DNA of 59,349 bases, counting the filler. It is 8 parts of 8 records of this genome, joined end to end, with 100 filler letters (N's around TTAATTAATTAA, not from the genome) between each part and the next. Parts side by side here need not be neighbours in the genome. Positions count along the whole stretch, not along the records: positions 53,975 to 59,349 come from SRR31156797_24286; 7 more parts are not named here. One strand, written 5' to 3'. Positions 57,308-59,349 of the stretch are shown here, one piece after another; positions within the stretch are counted from its first letter, which is position 1, and the number at the start of each line of letters is the position of its first letter. Position numbers and translations under genes: made by a program. The notes beneath the pieces were generated by a model, which ran no database searches, was not told where the DNA came from, and saw nothing but the letters and a program-made list of their open reading frames with translations.

Positions 57308-57997
57308 TTATTTATTTAAAACATCATTTCTAATTTTATCGATCTCTCCGCTAGCTTGCATCTCTTCTAAAACATCAGTTAATTTTTCAGCTAAATCAGC
57401 ATTTTTTTTATGTAAATAATGATAAAGTTTTACTGTTCTCAGTGCTGGATCGAGCATTTTAACGCCACTAAAATCATTTTTTTTCATAAGGTTTTTAGCA
57501 TTCACATCTGTTATTATTAATAAATCAATTCTATTTGCAATAATCTTTTTGAAGTTAGTTAAATCATCTGCAGATGCTTCAACTTTAAGTCCTTCTGAAT
57601 ATTTCTCTGCAATGACAACACCACGTTTAATCCCAATAGTATAACCTTTTAAATCATCTTTGGAATGAATATAAAAATCATGTCTTTTAGAATAAGCTCT
57701 CAATTCAAAATAATTTATTGGGATTTGGATTTGAATTAGATTTGGAAAATTTTTAGACACTCCATCAACCCTATGTGATTCTCCATCAATAATTCCTTTA
57801 TTCGATTCTTGTAAGGCTCTTTTACCTGGTAACACAACGAATTCAACTTCATAATTAAGTTTTCCGTATGCTTCTTTTAAAACCTCTGCAGAAACTCCTG
57901 ATAGTGCTGATTCAAATGTTGCTAATTTAACCTTATTTTCTGCTGAAACAAGAGTAACTAAGATTATAAACATTAAGATACTAAAGAATTTTTTCAT
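57308..57997 (-). CDS. Extracellular solute-binding protein, family 3
   Basis: GGAGG RBS, signal peptide, and LPGKRAL...GIIDG, RID and MQASGEIDKI patterns. Confidence 0.85.
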   Translation of the reverse strand: MKKFFSILMFIILVTLVSAENKVKLATFESALSGVSAEVLKEAYGKLNYEVEFVVLPGKRALQESNKGIIDGESHRVDGVSKNFPNLIQIQIPINYFELRAYSKRHDFYIHSKDDLKGYTIGIKRGVVIAEKYSEGLKVEASADDLTNFKKIIANRIDLLIITDVNAKNLMKKNDFSGVKMLDPALRTVKLYHYLHKKNADLAEKLTDVLEEMQASGEIDKIRNDVLNK

Positions 57998-58171
57998 AAA
58001 AATACCTCCATTTTTATTTTTAGTCTTTTAATTCACTTCTGTAACTATAGCAATTATCAGACTCTTACATAAATATACAATTTTTTGCAACAAAACCCTT
58101 TTATTAAATCTATGAGACATTACATATTATTTATTCACTTAGATTCCCATCTCTGCCCGTTTTATATTTTC

Positions 58172-58200
58172 TTGACATTTATCAAAATGAAATATAGTAT
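58172..58200 (+). promoter_or_regulatory. Sigma70 promoter of the AraC gene
   Basis: TTGACA-N17-TAGTAT. Confidence 0.65.
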
Positions 58201-58232
58201 ATTACTAGGACAAAACCAAAGGAGTATTGTGT

Positions 58233-59349
58233 ATGAATGATATCTATATTATTGGGATAATTACTGCTTTAACAGCAGCATTCTATTTTAATATCAAAAA
58301 AAAAGAGATACCTGCTTTTAAAGTACTAGCAATATTTATAGTATTATTAGCTTTACCTTTAGCGATTAATTTAACTAAAGGATTACTTAAGTTTGAAAGC
58401 AAACCTCTTTTCTCTTTTACACAGGCGATTCCATTTACATATGGAGCTCTATTATATATTTATGCAACTTTTATAATTGATAGTAGAACTAAATTTGATA
58501 AAAAAGATTTTTATCATTTAATACCTTTTATTTCTATTTTTTTGATTTTGAATTTTTTTGTAGAGTTTGCACCTCTTGGATATCATTTTAATCCTCATAC
58601 AGAAACTATTATGAAACTTGAGTTTATTGATTCAAAATGGATAATATTTTTCTCACTGCTTAATATTTCATATATAGCTTATGCAGCTTCTATTATTTAT
58701 AAGTTAAAACAGCATAAAATAAAAATTGACGATTATTTCTCAAACAACTCTTTTAAAACTTCATTAAGTTGGCTTAAAATTTGCACACTATTATTTTTAG
58801 GTATCAAAATCATTTTAAATACTGTCTATGTAACATCTAATTATATTGATTTATTTGATTTATCACCTGATTTAATTAATACTTACGGGATTGCATTATT
58901 TATCCCAATATTCAGTATATTTTCAAGTGGTCAACCTCTCATCTTTGAAAAAGAAGAAAAAAAGAGCAAAGACGATAATATTCTGCAAGAGGAAAAAGAG
59001 AAAAAGTATGAACATTCTACACTTTCAACGGAAAAAATAGATGAATATCTAAAAAAAATGGAACAGTTTGTCGATGAAGAGAAACCCTATTTAGAAAATG
59101 AGCTTAATATTGTTGAATTTTCCGAAGCTCTAGGTATAAAACGTCATTATATAACTCAAATACTAAATGATAAACTTAACATGAACTTCAAAACATATAT
59201 TAATAGTTTTAGAATTAGGTATGTAACAGAACTTTTGAAAGATACAAAATCTAAGGATTTATCACTTTTAGAAATCGCAATGGAGGCAGGATTCAATTCA
59301 AAAGCTACTTTTAATCGAGTTTTTAAAGAAAATATCGGAAAAACTCCAA
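58233..59349 (+). CDS. Membrane-embedded AraC-family transcriptional regulator, 3'-truncated (absent from the ORF track)
   Basis: AAAGGAG RBS, then MNDIYIIG... with several TM helices. C-terminal KPYLENEL...NFKTYINSFRI...IAMEAGFNSKATFNRVFK HTH runs off the window end. Confidence 0.9.
   Translation, partial: MNDIYIIGIITALTAAFYFNIKKKEIPAFKVLAIFIVLLALPLAINLTKGLLKFESKPLFSFTQAIPFTYGALLYIYATFIIDSRTKFDKKDFYHLIPFISIFLILNFFVEFAPLGYHFNPHTETIMKLEFIDSKWIIFFSLLNISYIAYAASIIYKLKQHKIKIDDYFSNNSFKTSLSWLKICTLLFLGIKIILNTVYVTSNYIDLFDLSPDLINTYGIALFIPIFSIFSSGQPLIFEKEEKKSKDDNILQEEKEKKYEHSTLSTEKIDEYLKKMEQFVDEEKPYLENELNIVEFSEALGIKRHYITQILNDKLNMNFKTYINSFRIRYVTELLKDTKSKDLSLLEIAMEAGFNSKATFNRVFKENIGKTP

Overview
This window is not one genome. 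It is eight unrelated contig fragments joined by artificial 100-bp linkers (N44-TTAATTAATTAA-N44), so gene neighbourhoods only count within a contig. Taxon guesses come from composition and gene content only. (1) 1-7609, deltaproteobacterial-like: ExbB-ExbB-ExbD-TonB-TPR operon followed by cobD and cobQ. (2) 7710-19961: one giant (>3,880 aa, 3'-truncated) secreted multidomain gene whose last visible ~430 aa resemble the teneurin TTR and FN-plug domains. Its head is a choice-of-anchor-A domain with a PEP-CTERM-like remnant, split by a +1 frameshift and preceded by a sigma54-like promoter. (3) 20062-29856: internal part of a Bacteroidota-type HYR/Calx-beta giant surface protein. (4) 29957-37442: 5'-nucleotidase, divergent DnaK paralog, hslU, hslV, xerC and the end of tkt. 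(5) 37543-42593, alphaproteobacterial-like: motA, motB, MBL hydrolase, DUF62 SAM hydrolase, DUF4340 and a GldG-like end. (6) 42694-47763, Bacteroidota-like: metH, rfaE, parA, parB. (7) 47864-53874: alkA, acetoacetate decarboxylase family, a Tat-signal HIRAN protein with a structured leader, and a ~1,050-aa orphan secreted protein. (8) 53975-59349, very AT-rich: guanine riboswitch, Se-dependent xanthine dehydrogenase, solute-binding protein and a membrane-anchored AraC regulator. The best candidate for a new system is the teneurin-like giant on contig 2. All family assignments are by motif recognition; no searches were run.
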